From positions 1 to 64,000 of the forward strand of contig JALJEE010002539.1 of the NCBI GenBank assembly GCA_023231475.1: a stretch of 64,000 nucleotides of DNA. Direction: 5' to 3'. This document shows, in pieces, positions 40,401 through 55,982 of the stretch (within the stretch, counting starts at the first letter, position 1; the number at the start of each line of letters is the position of its first letter). The translations under genes and the position numbers were made by a program. The DNA comes from Seison nebaliae (lineage: Eukaryota). The notes below the pieces were generated by a model that was not told the DNA's origin, searched no databases, and worked only from the letters and a program-made list of their open reading frames with translations.

Positions 40401-43400
40401 ATTGGATATCAATTATCACAAGCTAGTCATTGATTATATTTCGTTCAGGAAACAAATCGGCAATAGAATATTTTTTATTAATACCAAGTAAAAAAATCTG
40501 TCGCATATTCATCCAGTTCTTACGAGAAATGCTCAAACTTTTGAAAGTTAAGTAACTTTAAGTAGATGTTTAACTAGAAAATCAAACTTTTAAAACGATT
40601 TCTTCTTCCATTTTGTTAAGTGGATAAGTGACGGAAAATATCAATAAATCGTATTAACGTTCTATCCGTAAGACATCCTCAAATATTTGGGAAAGACTTA
40701 TATAATGAGAAATATTTCAGTTTTCTCATCACTCTAATCGATGATGGAAATGTCTGAATAAATGTCAGAAATATGGAACATAAAATTCCATGAGACAGTT
40801 CTGAATTTAAGTGTAAATTTTTAAATAAATAGTTTCATATATAGACAATTAGGGAAGTTTCACACACCCGTCATCGTTCGTTAACAAGATAGTATGAACT
40901 GAATGTTTACCTCTTAGAAGAATAACCTGCTCGGTGAATATATGTTAAAAAAAAAAGGTTTTCTAATGTCATTGGGAGAAGTGGCGGGTAAACATTGGAA
41001 GAAATGACGAGTTTTTCCCATGATATTCTTCATTACCAAATCGAAAAATAAATGGCGATTCGGAGTAGAAATTAAATTAAAATTATGTTCGTTCAGATGG
41101 TCAAATAATTGTATCAAATAAGAATGAATGACTCATAATGATGGTTGAGGAATGTAAGAATTTTCGTTTCTCCAAATTCTTATATTTATTGATCACGTCA
41201 TTCATCGTTTGTAATTAATTAAATAGAAATGAATATAAAATAAAAACCGCTTTACAGAGCGATCAATGAACGATCTATAATAATATTTAAGTTAATTTTT
41301 TGGGATTTGTAGTCCGAACGATTAATAAATTTAACTTATATTGATTCTTTCAATGTTCATTTTGAAAATTGTAACGTCATTACATTAATCAATGTATCGT
41401 TACATTGTAACGATACTAATCAATTTAATCGATTTCACCTTTCACATTTATCAATTACAGAGACTTAGGAAAAAAATAAAATATATTATATTGGGTGGAC
41501 AAACATTTCTCCCATATATTCTAATTATTCCATCAAACTAATAGGTGATAATGAAAGTGATGAAAGAAGGAAAAATGAAAAAGAATTGATGAAAAATTGA
41601 GTGAAGTTCAATGATATCCATTTTTCTTCTTCGATTTTTAAAGTAATTTGGAGAAGATAATTATTTGCACTGGAGTTTTAATAAATTCCATTGAGAATGA
41701 TGATTTGAAGTCGAATAAGATCTTCTTTTGATAGATCATATCTGAAAAACCAATCTTATTTTTAATACAACATTGAATGGAGGAGGAGGAGGAGGAGTAA
41801 GATTTCCAGGGAATGTCCGTTTAATTTCCACCTAACAAAGATAGTATACTTTTGCCTGGATAAAGATTTTCGTATGAAGGACGATGTCTATGTAAATGTT
41901 TAAAAACATAATATAGACATTTCCATAATAAATTGGTTGAAATGCCAATTCATATAAATGCTATTATCATTATATACAGATTACCATGATTAAAATTGGA
42001 AGAGACAGACTTAATTGTCCGATTGGAGAGAAATCCTCCTCAATTGCACTACCTGGCCGACCTGTTAGTGTAGATGTTCTACTCAATCTATTTTTATCCA
42101 CACTTTCTTCCCGAAATATTGCCCGATATAAATATTTGATAAAATTTTCGATTTGCTCGTATAAGTTTTCAAATGAATTATCATTCCTCTATTTCCTTCT
42201 ACGACTTTAAAAAACGACGTAAAACTAACGATCTTTTATTTCTTTCCTCTGTTGAGACGAACTTTTTTTTTGTGATAATATTGGTCATTTACTCATGATA
42301 ATTTGGTTCATTTGCATTATTATCCTCTAGCTCAAATTGCAATATGTATTCTACGGTCATCAAATGGAATATAGTTCAGTGCTACCTTTCTGAATTACAT
42401 TAAATGTACTACTTTTACTTTTTATTCCTATGAAAGAGACAAAGACAACGAATTTAGCTCGATAAGAAGGGGGAAAGCATATTATTTTATGTTATGTAAA
42501 TTGATGGGAACTTCGTTAAAATTGAACAAATATTAAGAACAATCATTATTTCTGACAATTATGTTTCATCGGATCTCGTCGTATTTAGGACAATTGCCCA
42601 ACGGTTCAAAGTATGCTCGCAGTCAGTAAATAAACAATCGCAAATATACAGCCAGTTGTGTGACGAACATGATTATTCAATATTCATCTTCCGATATGTT
42701 TGTTTATATCAACTAGTAATTGTTGAAGAAGGAAGATATAATTGTCGTGAAATTTATATTTCCGAATGAAATCGAATTTCAATAGGAAATATTTACATCA
42801 TTTCGATTATATCTCTCCATTCTGTCATCTCAACTTATCTTCAACCTTCTTGTCCATCCGACTCATAATACTTCATTCACTTGTCGAGAATTTCATTCAG
42901 TTTCTCAACAAATTAAAGAGAAACCATTTCTTTTTTGTTTAACACTTCACTTTTTGTTATCTCGTTCCATCACTGGACATTAAATAAATCGAAAACGAAA
43001 TTTTCTCGTTGATTTCCTGATTAATCGATCGACTGAAAAGTTTCTCTCACCAGTTGTCATTCAAAGAGTAGTTTCATTATGTTCTTTTAAATGTGAGATA
43101 TTCTTGAACTGTTTCTCAAAAGTGTTTCTTTTCATGAATAAATCTCGAATGAAAATGTTGTTCGTATAATAATGATGATAGTGAGTGCCGAAAACATCGG
43201 CCCGATTTGTCATGTCGTTCCATCTAACTCTATGTATTCCCTGATTCTGGCAGAATAAATAGTAAATTTGCAAAATGGTTCTGCAAATTCACATGAGTGA
43301 AAGTGCACCCAATATTGTTCTCATTAGATGTTTTCTTTATTGAGAACCTTCAGAGAAAATCGCATAAAAGTAGTTTGACCTCTTAAAAAATATAAGTTCT

Positions 43401-45241
43401 ATTATATTCTATTGTAAGAAATTGTAAGAGAAATAGCGAATCATAGTGACTAAATCATCCGGTACCAAATAATTTCCAATTTCAAACCAATTAACGAATA
43501 AAACTTATCAAAAATTTTAAATTATGTTTAATATGTATAATCGTCTGATTTAAAACCGGTTTTATATTCATGAAAAGTGAATTTTAAATTTTTTTTCTGG
43601 GACCGGTTCCAATACCGCTTTATTTAACATATTACAGACTTTGTAAGAAAAATTTGTTATTAAGAAAATATGTTTAATTGTTATGGTGAATTTCCTCTCG
43701 CATGTTCTTATTTTGGATGGTTAGGAAAGTTTAAGGTTCGAATTTTGTGCGCAACAAACTTGCGTGGTTATTCGCCGATTAGTTTATGTAATCTTTAAGG
43801 TTGATAAAATAGTTTTTCTTCAGATTAAAAGAATCATCTTCCGATATTTTTTCATTTTATATTTATCAATTTTTTAAGGACAATCAATCACTGTAAGATT
43901 GTTGTTTAAGCAATACATTTATTTCCATCCATGATGGTGAGCGAATACAAAAATGAATTTATATAAGACGATTATATTCCATATTGCTCACACAACCGTC
44001 AACCACTCTAACAGAATAGAATGATAACCTCCTTCGTATAGTATGGAGTTCATATTATGAACATAGACACGCACGCACTCTTTCACACACACACACACAT
44101 ATACACATAGACACACAAATAGACACACACAGATCTACACACAGACACCCTTGTGCGAAAGGAAAATGTATTTGTATAGTCAAATATCCCCTAGATGGAG
44201 AGCAGTGGGGGGTAGTATTAGGAGGGGGCACAAGATCTAATAAAGAAGGAAGAAGAGGAGGAAGAATGATAAGTGAAAAATAAGAGTGAGAGATACACAA
44301 GAATGGACGTACGAGACTGTCCATCGCACTCTAATATCTAGGCATATGAATGTATACATATAATCGTCTAACTACCACCAGATGCAATCATGTAATTAGA
44401 TTTTTTATAGAACGATATACATATACGAACATCGTCACTTATCAGTAGAAGAATAATCGTCATATTTCGTAATTATGTCTTTTTTTATGAATCGGAAATC
44501 TTCTTTCTGTCTCCTTTTTCTGTGGATTATATTCTCTCACTTCCAATGGTGAGTGATCTATTTGGTGTATTAACTTCTTCCGCTCAAGGTAACTCCGTTA
44601 TTGAGCATTAGAAAACAAATGAAAGTTTACTCTCATTAGAGTATTAGTGAATGCACATAAAGTATATCGGAATGAATTAGGCGATTTCATAATTTTAATG
44701 CTCCATTTCATGCGAAAGTTGCTGACGTGAATTGATTTTCTCTTTCGTTCCTATGTCATCTTTGAGATAAGTTTGTCATTAATTTCCACATTCTACTTAA
44801 ATTAATATTTCGAGGGAATGTTTACTACGACTTCCTTCCAATACGAACGATCTTTGATGTGAATGAGCAGAAAAGAACTGAAAGGTCAGCAGATCGGATA
44901 GTTGGGAGTGTCCAACATATTTTCCTTTTCCACCAACTTGTCTGAGTAATAACAAAAAACTTATTTCTCTCTTCTACATCTGTTACCTTATCATAACTAT
45001 TCGGTTGACGAGTTCATAATGAGGAGAACTGACGAAATTCTATCATTACAATTCCAACAATTATTTTATTGTTCATCATCAATTCTCTTCTATTCTACTT
45101 TCTTTCTTCGTTATTCTCTTCCTCTATTCTCTTCTTGCACTTTTCGCCTCAAACAATTCCTTCCGTGTTTATATATAATTCAATAACTCACTAAATATTC
45201 TCCCCATTAAACAATCGATATTATTCCACGTAATTTGCGGA

Positions 45242-47632
45242 ATGTCACAATTTTTACTGAGGAAACAGAAAAGGAAATTATTAATAGAAAACGATCATCA
45301 CACAACTTCTATCCTTCTCATTCATCTTTTCTTCCAAACAATTTTCATCATTTGTATTTTTCAAACTATTTTTATCATTTTTACTTTTCGAACTATTTTC
45401 ATCCTTTTTTTTTATTTTTCAAATAATTTCCATGTTTTTTTTTATCTTTCAAATAATTTCCATCATTTTCATTCGATTTCTCGAATTTGTCACCAAAATG
45501 ATCTAAAATGTAATTCGTTCTCTCTTCTCAGATTCTCCTTCTTAAACATTCGAAGAAGTAATAGATCTATTAGGGAAGCATTTGAGAAGATTTATCAGAA
45601 TCTTCGAATGCTCATTTCTAATTATAAGAATCGATCGCGTTTCGGCACACAATCGCCGATGAAGGCAAGGTCGACTTCACGTGATAACAATTTTCAGAAT
45701 GCTTTCTTAGCCGTCCTCTATCCAGACGGAAGCACATCCAAACATTGTCCAAAGAATAACGAGTCATTCCAAGATATACTCGAACGTCCCATGACAATCA
45801 GAAGTCTCGATATTAATCGTTGCGACATAGTTCGTATGGTGTCGAAAGAGAAGAGTGAGATCGTTCCATTCTCCTTCCGAGCGTCATTATGTCAAGGTGA
45901 GAGTATCATCATTCATAATCGTTCAGATGGACATCGAATGGTTATCATCTCATTTTCATTTTGTCGACGAAATATCTGTTTCCATTTTTCCAGGAAAAAT
46001 CATCAGGAAAACGATGTCGACTATGTAACAAGAAGAGACGTGGTGCTACACTCTTCACCAGCGGCCATATGATGAGATGTTCGATTTGTCATTTATACGC
46101 TCATGACGATTGTCCATACAACACTTATCCTTGTGTGACGTTAGTATTGAAATGGAATATGAAAAGAAAATCATTGTTATTCCAGTCCGAGAACTATGTC
46201 GATTCCGATGAAAACGACAAAACCCAATCTCATAAGTTCAATGGTAACGAACGTTATAACACAACCACAACAAATGCCCATCATAAGCACCACCCATTCT
46301 CAAACTTCCATGACCACTATCATGAGAACAACATCATCCGAAGCTGTTATTCCATCACCCAATTTGAATCGATCGAATAATTCTCCTTCAAATCGACCTG
46401 ATCATCCAAAGAAATCACATAAACATTCAGTTTATTTCCTTTCTTCTTTCTCATTTACTCATTCCCATTTAGAGAAGTCGAATGAATGACAACGCTTTAG
46501 ATGATATCGAGATAACAGATGAGAAGATCGGATCCGGTTCTTATGGTACCGTTTATAAAGGCAAATCCATCTTATTCGGTTCTTACTCTTTCATCTCACA
46601 AAAATTATTTTTATTATATATTTAATTATATTATTTAATTTTAGGAACGGTAGCTATTAAACAATTGAATGTGAAGAATCCGAGTGTCAAACAAAGAAAA
46701 GCTTTCAACAACGAAGTCGCAATGTTGAGGTTTACCAATTTTCAATATCTCTCGAATATTTCAATAATTTTAATGAACATTTTATAATTTGTAGGAAGAC
46801 AAGACATGACAATGTTCTATTTTATATTCGTTGCATCGAAGACCAAACATTGGGAATAGTGACGGAATGGTGTCGTGGTAATACACTCTACCATCATCTC
46901 TACTTCTCCCAAAAGACGAATTGGCAAATCGAGAAATTATTAGACATCTCCTATCAGATCTCCATCGGCATGGGATATCTTCACGCTAAAAATATTATTC
47001 ATCGCGATTTGAAATCAAAGAATATTTTCCTCGTTTCTGGTGAACATACACCATCGAAATGGTGCGTGAAAATTGGAGATTTCGGATTGGCCACCATTAA
47101 GAACGGTTGGAAAGATAAAGAGAAGACAAAGAACGGAAACGGTCGACAGAGGAATCGAGTGAAACCGCCATGTCAACCGCCCGGTACCGTTCACTGGATG
47201 TCACCCGAAGTCATACGAGGTAGAGGTGATGATCCATATTCTACTAAATCTGATGTATATAGTTATGGTGTTGTTTTATACGAATTGATGACCGGTGAAT
47301 TACCATACGCTGATTACGAAGCGAATCAAGTTCTCTTCTATCTCTCTTCTCAATTTTATTCTTCTTATAAATTGTTAGATTATTTTCAAAGTGGGATCTA
47401 ATCAATTACGTCCGGATGTATCTAGAGTACGACCAGAGACGCCTCGTTTCATCATCGACATTATGCACAGTTGCTACAAAGCAGAAGAGAACGAACGATT
47501 GACATTCGAAGAAGTTTCTCATTTCTATTCACTCTCACACAACAATTATTTAATTTTTAAATCAATTAGATTAATTTAATTTTCGATAAAGAACTCGCGA
47601 GTAACACGACGTCGATTGAAGAAGCTTTATAG
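45242..47632 (+). CDS. RAF: Raf-family serine/threonine kinase (RBD + C1 + kinase); 5' end uncertain, confident from ~45532
   Basis: RBD-like FLAVLYPDGSTS...TIRSLDINRC; C1 zinc finger H..CRLC..CSICHLYAHDDC..PC; IGSGSYGTVYKG, VAIKQL, RKTRHDN, IHRDLKSKNIFL, DFGLATIK, WMSPEVIR, SDVYSYGVVLYELMTGELPY. Seven GTT introns; stop TAG 47630-47632. Confidence 0.9.
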
Positions 47633-48206
47633 CCCACTCATATTCAGTGTCATATCAATCAATTCTTTATTTTGGTGAGGGAGCAATCAAATCAAATTGT
47701 AAATTTTTATTTATTTCAAACGGAAACCATCTGAACACATTTTATACGTTTTCCCTTTCTTTTTCAATATTTATTTATTGAGAAAATTATATGATAATTA
47801 AATGACAGTGAAAAAAATTCTTTTTGGAATTTATGAATTTTAATAAATTTTAAAAGTTTTTTTTATTCAACAACCAAAATAATTAAGTATTGAAAGAAAT
47901 TATCTTAATTATTCTATTGGATTTTAAGGCAAATTGGAATTCAGTTTGTTGATATGTGAGAGAATTATTTTAAAATAAATCATTTGATGGATTTTACTGT
48001 AAAGCAATCTCATTTGAAAAATTGGCTTATATGTGAGATTGGTTAAGCTAAAAATTTGAAAAATTTGAATTTGTTTTCGAAATGAGATAAAGAAAGAAAC
48101 GAATTCGTTTTGTTTTGTGATTTGATTGAGGCACGTTTATATTATATTTCATCATTTGACCGAACCAACTATCGTTTCGGCACAACATTATTGAGAATAA
48201 AAAAGA

Positions 48207-50366
48207 ATGGTGAAAGTAAAGAAAGTGAGAGAGGAGGAGTTCAATCATGTTCTCAAACAAGTCTCCAACAAAATGGGACGAGATTTGACTCTTCCTGAAT
48301 TGCGTGAGAAGATTCTTCAAGATGATGATAAGGAAACTTATTTGGACGAATATCTTGTGGAATTGGAGAAATTGGATGCACAATTTCTTTTGGCCATCGA
48401 ACGTCCCAACGAGATCATCGATCACAAATTGATGATATTGATGAATTTCATTTGTCAGTTAAGTGGATCATATGGGAAGGAATCGAAGTGGATGGTGGAG
48501 AAGATCATCGACAATTCATATCATATCGTCAATCAATTGACTTCAACTACTTATCGATTAGCGTATGTTCAATGTCTGATAAATATTCGATCATTCTCGA
48601 AAAATCGTTTACTTACCACATTGAAGTTGTTAGAGCATCTCCTCAAATTCTACGAATTGAAAGATAAACGACTTCGTCTCTATATCAGAAATTTCATGCG
48701 GAAAGAATTAAAGAGAATTTTCTCGTCGAAACGTCGTCGTCAAATGCATGATGGTGAGAAAATCAGGAAATATTTATTTTCCATTTTAAGATCAACTAAT
48801 TCTACGTTTAATGAACGATGTGATTGTATGATTTTTAATTTAATCATTCGAATGTATCGAACGGGTATATGGGCCGATATGGAAACGGCGAATTTCATTT
48901 CAGACAATTCTTTCTCAACTCAATCCAAATTACAATTGTTGGCATTAAATTTCATTTCGGATACAAAATTGAAAAATGAAAAGAAGATCTTATCGGATGG
49001 AGAAGAAGACGATGATGAGAATGGAGATAGAGAAGATGACGATAAAGAATTGGAATCATTAGAAATTGAGAAGAAAAATGTTCAACAATTGTTAATGTCA
49101 CAGAAAGTGAAAAAAGTGAAAAAAACGAAACATTCACAGAAGAAATACGAGAAGATGATGGAGAATATTCAAAGGAAACGGAAATTGGTCAAAAATCTCA
49201 ACCATCAGAAACAGATCGGATTATCCATCATTCAAAGATTGAATAATCCGACGGCGTTTGTGGAGAAATTGTTCGATCTTATTCAAAAGAAGATGAATCA
49301 TCTCAATCTCCTCACTCAACAGAAGATGACGAGACGATTATTAATCGTGGATATTATGGGGAAAATTATGAATTATTATAAGCTTAATTTCCCATCAATT
49401 ATTAATTATCTCATTAAACAATTACAACCATCATCTACCGGTGTCATTCGATTATTGACAGCAGCTGTTCAATGTGTTCCTGATCATTCTCCTGATTTCA
49501 ATCTGACACAATATGACGAAATGGTTGATCGATTATCGATGACCATTTGTAATAACTTCATTAGTGAACATAATAATATCGAGATCATCCTCACCGGTTT
49601 TAATACCATCCTACAAATTTGCTATCGATCACCTTATTCGATCAATGAAGATCTCATCAACGATCTTTGTCAATATGTGACGTATAATAAAGATAAGAAT
49701 GTGATGAGAAAAGCGAGAGAACTCATCAATTTCTATATGGTGAATGCATCAGATATGTTAGCCTCTAAATGGAAATCGAATGAACAAATGAAGACGATTT
49801 TGGAAAAAGAGAAAATTCAGTTAGCGAATAAAAAACGATTTGAGAAACAGTTAGAGGAAGTTCAAAAACAAAAATCATCACTCATTCATTCGACGGTAAC
49901 ATCGAAACGTATCAAACGATTAGAGAAACGAGAATTATTCCTTCTCAGTAAAATTCATCGATATCGACAACAAATCGATCGATTAATCGACCACGACAAT
50001 AATCGTATCATTCCCGCCGCTTATGACGTCTTGTTGGACGAGGAGATGAAAGATGATTTGACAGAGAAAGATTTCCTCTCTTCCACCATCTTATCTGATA
50101 CGGAATTCCGAAAGATTCGTCGAGAACAATTGAAACGAGAGACAGTAGTGGCTGATAAAGAGAAAATGAAGAAAGAAGAATTTCATGTGAAATTTCAAAA
50201 AGAGAATGGTGAGATTGAGGAAGTGACTTTGAAAGAAGTTCCAAAACGACTCAGAAAAGTAGTGACGAATGAGAAAGATTATAAGAATTTAATGAAACGA
50301 ATCGATGCAGCTCGAAATGATGATGGTGAAGAAAATGACGATGATGAAGATGAAGATGAAGATGAA

Positions 50367-50397
<31 letters not shown>

Positions 50398-50837
50398 GTT
50401 ATGAGATAGATGAAAAAGATGAATTATTAGTTGAATTGACGAAGAATATGAATAAAAGAAAAGATGGAGAATCTGATTCAGAAAACGATGATGATGATGA
50501 TGATGATGAAGAAGATGATCAATTCAGTGGTCTCAAATCTGAATTCGTATCGATGGCAGATATTGGTCGTGTGCGAGTGAAGCGTGCACATGACAAAGCG
50601 AATCGATTGAAGAAAGTGATGGAAGGACGAGAAGATCGCGAGAAATTTACTGGAGCGAAGAACAAGAAGAAAGTGCAACGATGTGGATTGATGGCGGGAT
50701 TGTCGAACAAACAACAGAATAAAAAGAAGAATTGGTCCATGCTCCAACACAAAGTAAAGAGTGGAAGAAATCGACGATCATTTTCCGAGAAACAACGATC
50801 ATTAAAAGCGTCGTTATTGAAGAGATTGAAATCATAA
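48207..50837 (+). CDS. SDAD1: Protein SDA1 homolog (60S ribosome biogenesis), intronless
   Basis: LPELREKILQDDDKETYLDEY (cf. LPQLQNLIKRDP..Y.EEF), NNFISEH, ILSDTEFRKIR, acidic tract, RAHDKANRLKKVMEGREDREKF, SNKQQNKKKNWSM, RSFSEKQ. Confidence 0.9.
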
Positions 50838-50901
50838 ATTTTTTTCCTTAATTCATTTTTTCTTTTTTTTTTCTTTCCAAATTAGATTTCTTCAGAAAAA
50901 A
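50838..50901 (+). promoter_or_regulatory. Intercistronic spacer with T-rich tract and unpaired 3' splice acceptor (candidate SL trans-splice site for C1QBP)
   Basis: 64 bp with no G before TAG (50883-50885), so no donor. A polypyrimidine run precedes TTCAG (50891-50895), 6 nt before the ATG. Confidence 0.6.
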
Positions 50902-51732
50902 ATGTTCAGGAATTGTTTAAAACTTATTTCTTCTCCATCAATTCTCATTCGACCGAAATTGATGAATGTCACATCGATTGCTCCGAAATTTTTGTCGACT
51001 TCAAATGTGAAGAAAAATGATGAGATTATCACGTCCAAATCGTTAAGTGATTTAAAAATATTTTTGGATGAAGAAATCGATCTAGAGAAACAACAATTGA
51101 CTTTCAAAGCGAAAGACGTTATTCCCAATATCGAAGGATTTCGACATACGTTCGACGGTGCAAATGTCGTTTTAACGAAAGAAACGTCGAATGAATCGAT
51201 CGTCGTCAATTTCAATATTAACAGTAGTGTTGATGCAGATCAGATGGAAGGAGAGAATGAAGACGATTTAAATGATGTAACGACAAATCAACAGACTCAA
51301 CAACAAACACCAGATGGACAACAACAAAATAATCAAGAACCGATTCCTGATATGAAATCTAGACCAACTTTCACTGTCGACATTAAAAAAACAAATAATG
51401 GGAAAGTTCTCTCATTTGTTTGTTCTTTCCTCCCTCAAGAATTCCATCCAACAACTGATGCACCCGAAGGAACTCCTTCAAATCAACAATTATTGGCACC
51501 AGAAGATTTCCAAATCGACGAACTCACCGTTCACGATGGTGAATGGAACGAGAAAACTTACAGTACCGATGGCGCTGTACTCGATGGGAATTTATATGAT
51601 AAATTATTGAGTGTATTAGAAGAACGTGGAATTGGTGAACAATTTGCTAATAGTCTCGCCAACTTTTCTACCGCTTATGAACATCTTCAATATGTTCGAC
51701 TACTTGAAAAATTACGAGAATTCTCTTCTTAA
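50902..51732 (+). CDS. C1QBP: Mitochondrial acidic matrix protein p32/MAM33, intronless
   Basis: Basic mitochondrial-type presequence; FLDEEIDLEK, IVVNFNINSSV, SRPTFTVDIKK, LDGNLYDKLLSVLEERGIGEQFANSL, STAYEHLQYVRLLEKLREF. Confidence 0.93.
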   Translation: MFRNCLKLISSPSILIRPKLMNVTSIAPKFLSTSNVKKNDEIITSKSLSDLKIFLDEEIDLEKQQLTFKAKDVIPNIEGFRHTFDGANVVLTKETSNESIVVNFNINSSVDADQMEGENEDDLNDVTTNQQTQQQTPDGQQQNNQEPIPDMKSRPTFTVDIKKTNNGKVLSFVCSFLPQEFHPTTDAPEGTPSNQQLLAPEDFQIDELTVHDGEWNEKTYSTDGAVLDGNLYDKLLSVLEERGIGEQFANSLANFSTAYEHLQYVRLLEKLREFSS

Positions 51733-51837
51733 AACAACAACAAAATTTATGATTTTTTTTTATAACAAAATTTCACTTTCACTTGTTATCATTGTTATTA
51801 TTTAGATTTTTTTTTCTCGATCAGTTTTTCCATTTAA
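51733..51837 (+). promoter_or_regulatory. 105-bp T-rich spacer with acceptor-like AGs (candidate trans-splice site for PHF5A)
   Basis: TTTAG (51801-51805) and T-run...TCAG (51821-51824), 13 nt before ATG 51838. Confidence 0.5.
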
Positions 51838-52218
51838 ATGGCGAAACATCATCCTGATCTTATATTTTGCAGGAAACAACCGGGTGTCGCCATTGGTCGT
51901 TTATGTGAGAAATGTGATGGGAAATGTGTCATTTGTGATTCATATGTTCGACCTGCAACTCTTGTCCGAATATGTGATGAATGCAATTACGGCTCCTATC
52001 AAGGAAGATGTGTCGTGTGTGGTGGAATTGGAATCAGTGACGCTTATTATTGTCGCAGTTGTACCTTACAAGAGAAAGATGTTTGTTTATTTCTTTTCTT
52101 TTCATTTGTAATTTTTTTCTCAATTCAGAGAGATGGTTGTCCGAAAATAGTCAATTTAGGCAGCGCCAAAACTGATCTGTTCTATGAAAGGAAACGATAT
52201 TCTTTTAAAAAAACGTGA
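51838..52218 (+). CDS. PHF5A: PHD finger-like domain protein 5A (SF3b subunit), 2 exons
   Basis: Near-identical to the conserved [14 protein letters not shown]...[25 protein letters not shown] sequence. In-frame 48-nt intron 52081-52128 (GTTTGT...TTCAG). Confidence 0.98.
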   Translation: MAKHHPDLIFCRKQPGVAIGRLCEKCDGKCVICDSYVRPATLVRICDECNYGSYQGRCVVCGGIGISDAYYCRSCTLQEKDVCLFLFFSFVIFFSIQRDGCPKIVNLGSAKTDLFYERKRYSFKKT

Positions 52219-52572
52219 AATTAACGGAAATTAATGAGAATCTCAATCTTTTCCTTTTGTTCTATATCCATTTCCATCTAATTCTTTAATTTTGTAAATA
52301 AAAAATTTTAATTTTTTTAATCGATTTCTATCAAATTTCCACAAATCAATAAATGTCATGAGAATTCCATAAATCGATTATTATCGTCAGAAATCTACAA
52401 TTCTACAATTATGAGAATTGATTAAGTAATTTAGAGAACTTTGGGAAATATGAAAGGTGAAAAGAAAAGTTAATTATCGATAATTATTTTGAAATTTTTG
52501 AAAATGGAAAATTATTTTGATAAAATGGCTAAGTTGGAGAAATAAATTAAGGGTAAATAAAGAACGTGAAAG

Positions 52573-54246
<1,674 letters not shown>

Positions 54247-54467
54247 AGTTTTTTTTCCTATTGAATTCTCTTTCAAACTTTGTATAGTCTATTCTTTTTC
54301 GAATAAATAAATTTGTTTTTGATAAACTAAAAAATTTTTATTAATGATAAAATAAATCATTCCATGTTCACTAAATCATAGATATATATGTGATAAGGTT
54401 TGTGAGTTGAAAATATGAGAATAAAATGTTAAATGACTTAAATTCTTAATACTAGATAATATTTATC

Positions 54468-55250
54468 TTAAAGTAATTGCAATAATATTCGCATCGTACT
54501 TGCTATCACTATATGTTGAGGATTGAATCTTTTAATTGATATGTTCCAATTACTAAAAAAATTCGCATGTGAACATTTGGGACCATACCAGAATCCATAA
54601 TGAAATGTGTCGTAACAATTACCGGCGGTTTGGAAAGGACGGTTGTTTGTCATGTCTTTGTCGAAGTCGTAGTCGAAAGGCATTGTGGAGATTTTCATTT
54701 CCATCAAATTTAAAGTGTAGTTCAAATATTGTGGGAGGACGCGGATGCCTCGATATTCGAAAAACGTGTTATCGTGATTAAAAATTCCGAAAACTTCGAC
54801 ACGAAATCTTCGGTCATAATTTCGAGCCGTAAACTCGACTAATGTGTCCAAACCAATCCAATTATTTTCTGAATCGCCGAACGGTTTCTTGTACGTTTCC
54901 AAGGAGAATTCGAAGTCAATATGTCTTCGCATTCTTTGTGCGACAATTAGAAACGGTATTCCATCCACATAGGTATAACGATCTTTTCCAAATCTTTGCT
55001 CAACTTCCTCCACTTCTCTAGGAGAATTCTTCAAAATGACAACCGTCTCAAAATTGGAGGAAAGAAAATTCTTATTTCCTCTTCTCTCTATTCCCAGACA
55101 ATCTTTTTTATCTGCACATTGAATTGAAACGAATGTGTCTTTGCCTTTTAAAATTTGACGATTTGATCGAACGAATCTGATATTCCCACAGACACAAGTA
55201 TCCAACCACAACCAAAGGAAAAGGAACAGTAGAAGTGATTTGGAGTACAT
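54468..55250 (-). CDS. Secreted fibrinogen C-terminal domain (FReD) protein, intronless
   Basis: Signal peptide; VAQRM, YKKPFGDSENNWIGLD, RFRVEV, NYTL, CYDTFHYGFWYGPKCSHAN, STMRI. Confidence 0.85.
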   Translation of the reverse strand: MYSKSLLLFLFLWLWLDTCVCGNIRFVRSNRQILKGKDTFVSIQCADKKDCLGIERRGNKNFLSSNFETVVILKNSPREVEEVEQRFGKDRYTYVDGIPFLIVAQRMRRHIDFEFSLETYKKPFGDSENNWIGLDTLVEFTARNYDRRFRVEVFGIFNHDNTFFEYRGIRVLPQYLNYTLNLMEMKISTMPFDYDFDKDMTNNRPFQTAGNCYDTFHYGFWYGPKCSHANFFSNWNISIKRFNPQHIVIASTMRILLQLL

Positions 55251-55982
55251 GGAAAAAAGTAAATAATATAAATTATGATTGTTGAATGGATCGGTAACGT
55301 TTGTTTCTTATTTTCAACAATAAAATGTTCAAATCTTCTTTTCTAATAGCTAATTAGAATTCAATTGAAATTTGAAATGATTTTCAACGATGATTTAAAA
55401 ACAACTTATAATTCCTCCACAAATTTTCACAGAGTTTTCTTTTATGGAATGAAAAATTATTAAAGAAATAACATACAATAGAATTAGAATGAGACAAGTC
55501 GAATTTGTTTTCGTCAATATAAGTATAATAAGTTCTCTTATAATTAGTTTGATACTCATTCTTACTGTTTATTATTAGTCGCTCAAACCAATTTACCTTT
55601 ATTAATTTATATTGTTTATATTTTCTACTCCTCATTTTTCTAGTTTTGTTTTTCATCAACATGCAGATTTGTTAGAAAGACGAATGACGAATATTTTCGA
55701 TAAGTAATGGAAAGAATCAATTTGGAAAGATTGTGATTGAAACATAACAATAAAATTTATCGATTGATAAAATAATGATATGGAAGTGGGGGAGGGGGAG
55801 AATTCATTGAACGTTATTTTTGTGATGACGATGATATGGAAAGAGGAAGAGTATTCATTTATTTAAAGGAATCAACAACTGGTGAATGGATTAGAGATGA
55901 AATGAAATGTTCGAATTAGAATAGATGGAGAAATAAATGAAATTGTGGGAACTTGTAAAAAAAAAAGGATGGACGAACAGAT

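Noticed and set aside
42685..42750. miR-190-like sequence GATATGTTTG
   Set aside because: Short match only; no convincing precursor hairpin.
43551..43610. Palindrome TAAAACCGGTTTTA (Grainyhead-like AACCGGTT) upstream of Raf
   Set aside because: One or two short motifs are expected by chance in 64 kb; no supporting evidence.
45242..45531. Hydrophobic N-terminal extension of Raf in the ORF track
   Set aside because: It derives from a degenerate T-rich tandem repeat ending in an acceptor (CTCAG at ~45531), so it is most likely intronic.
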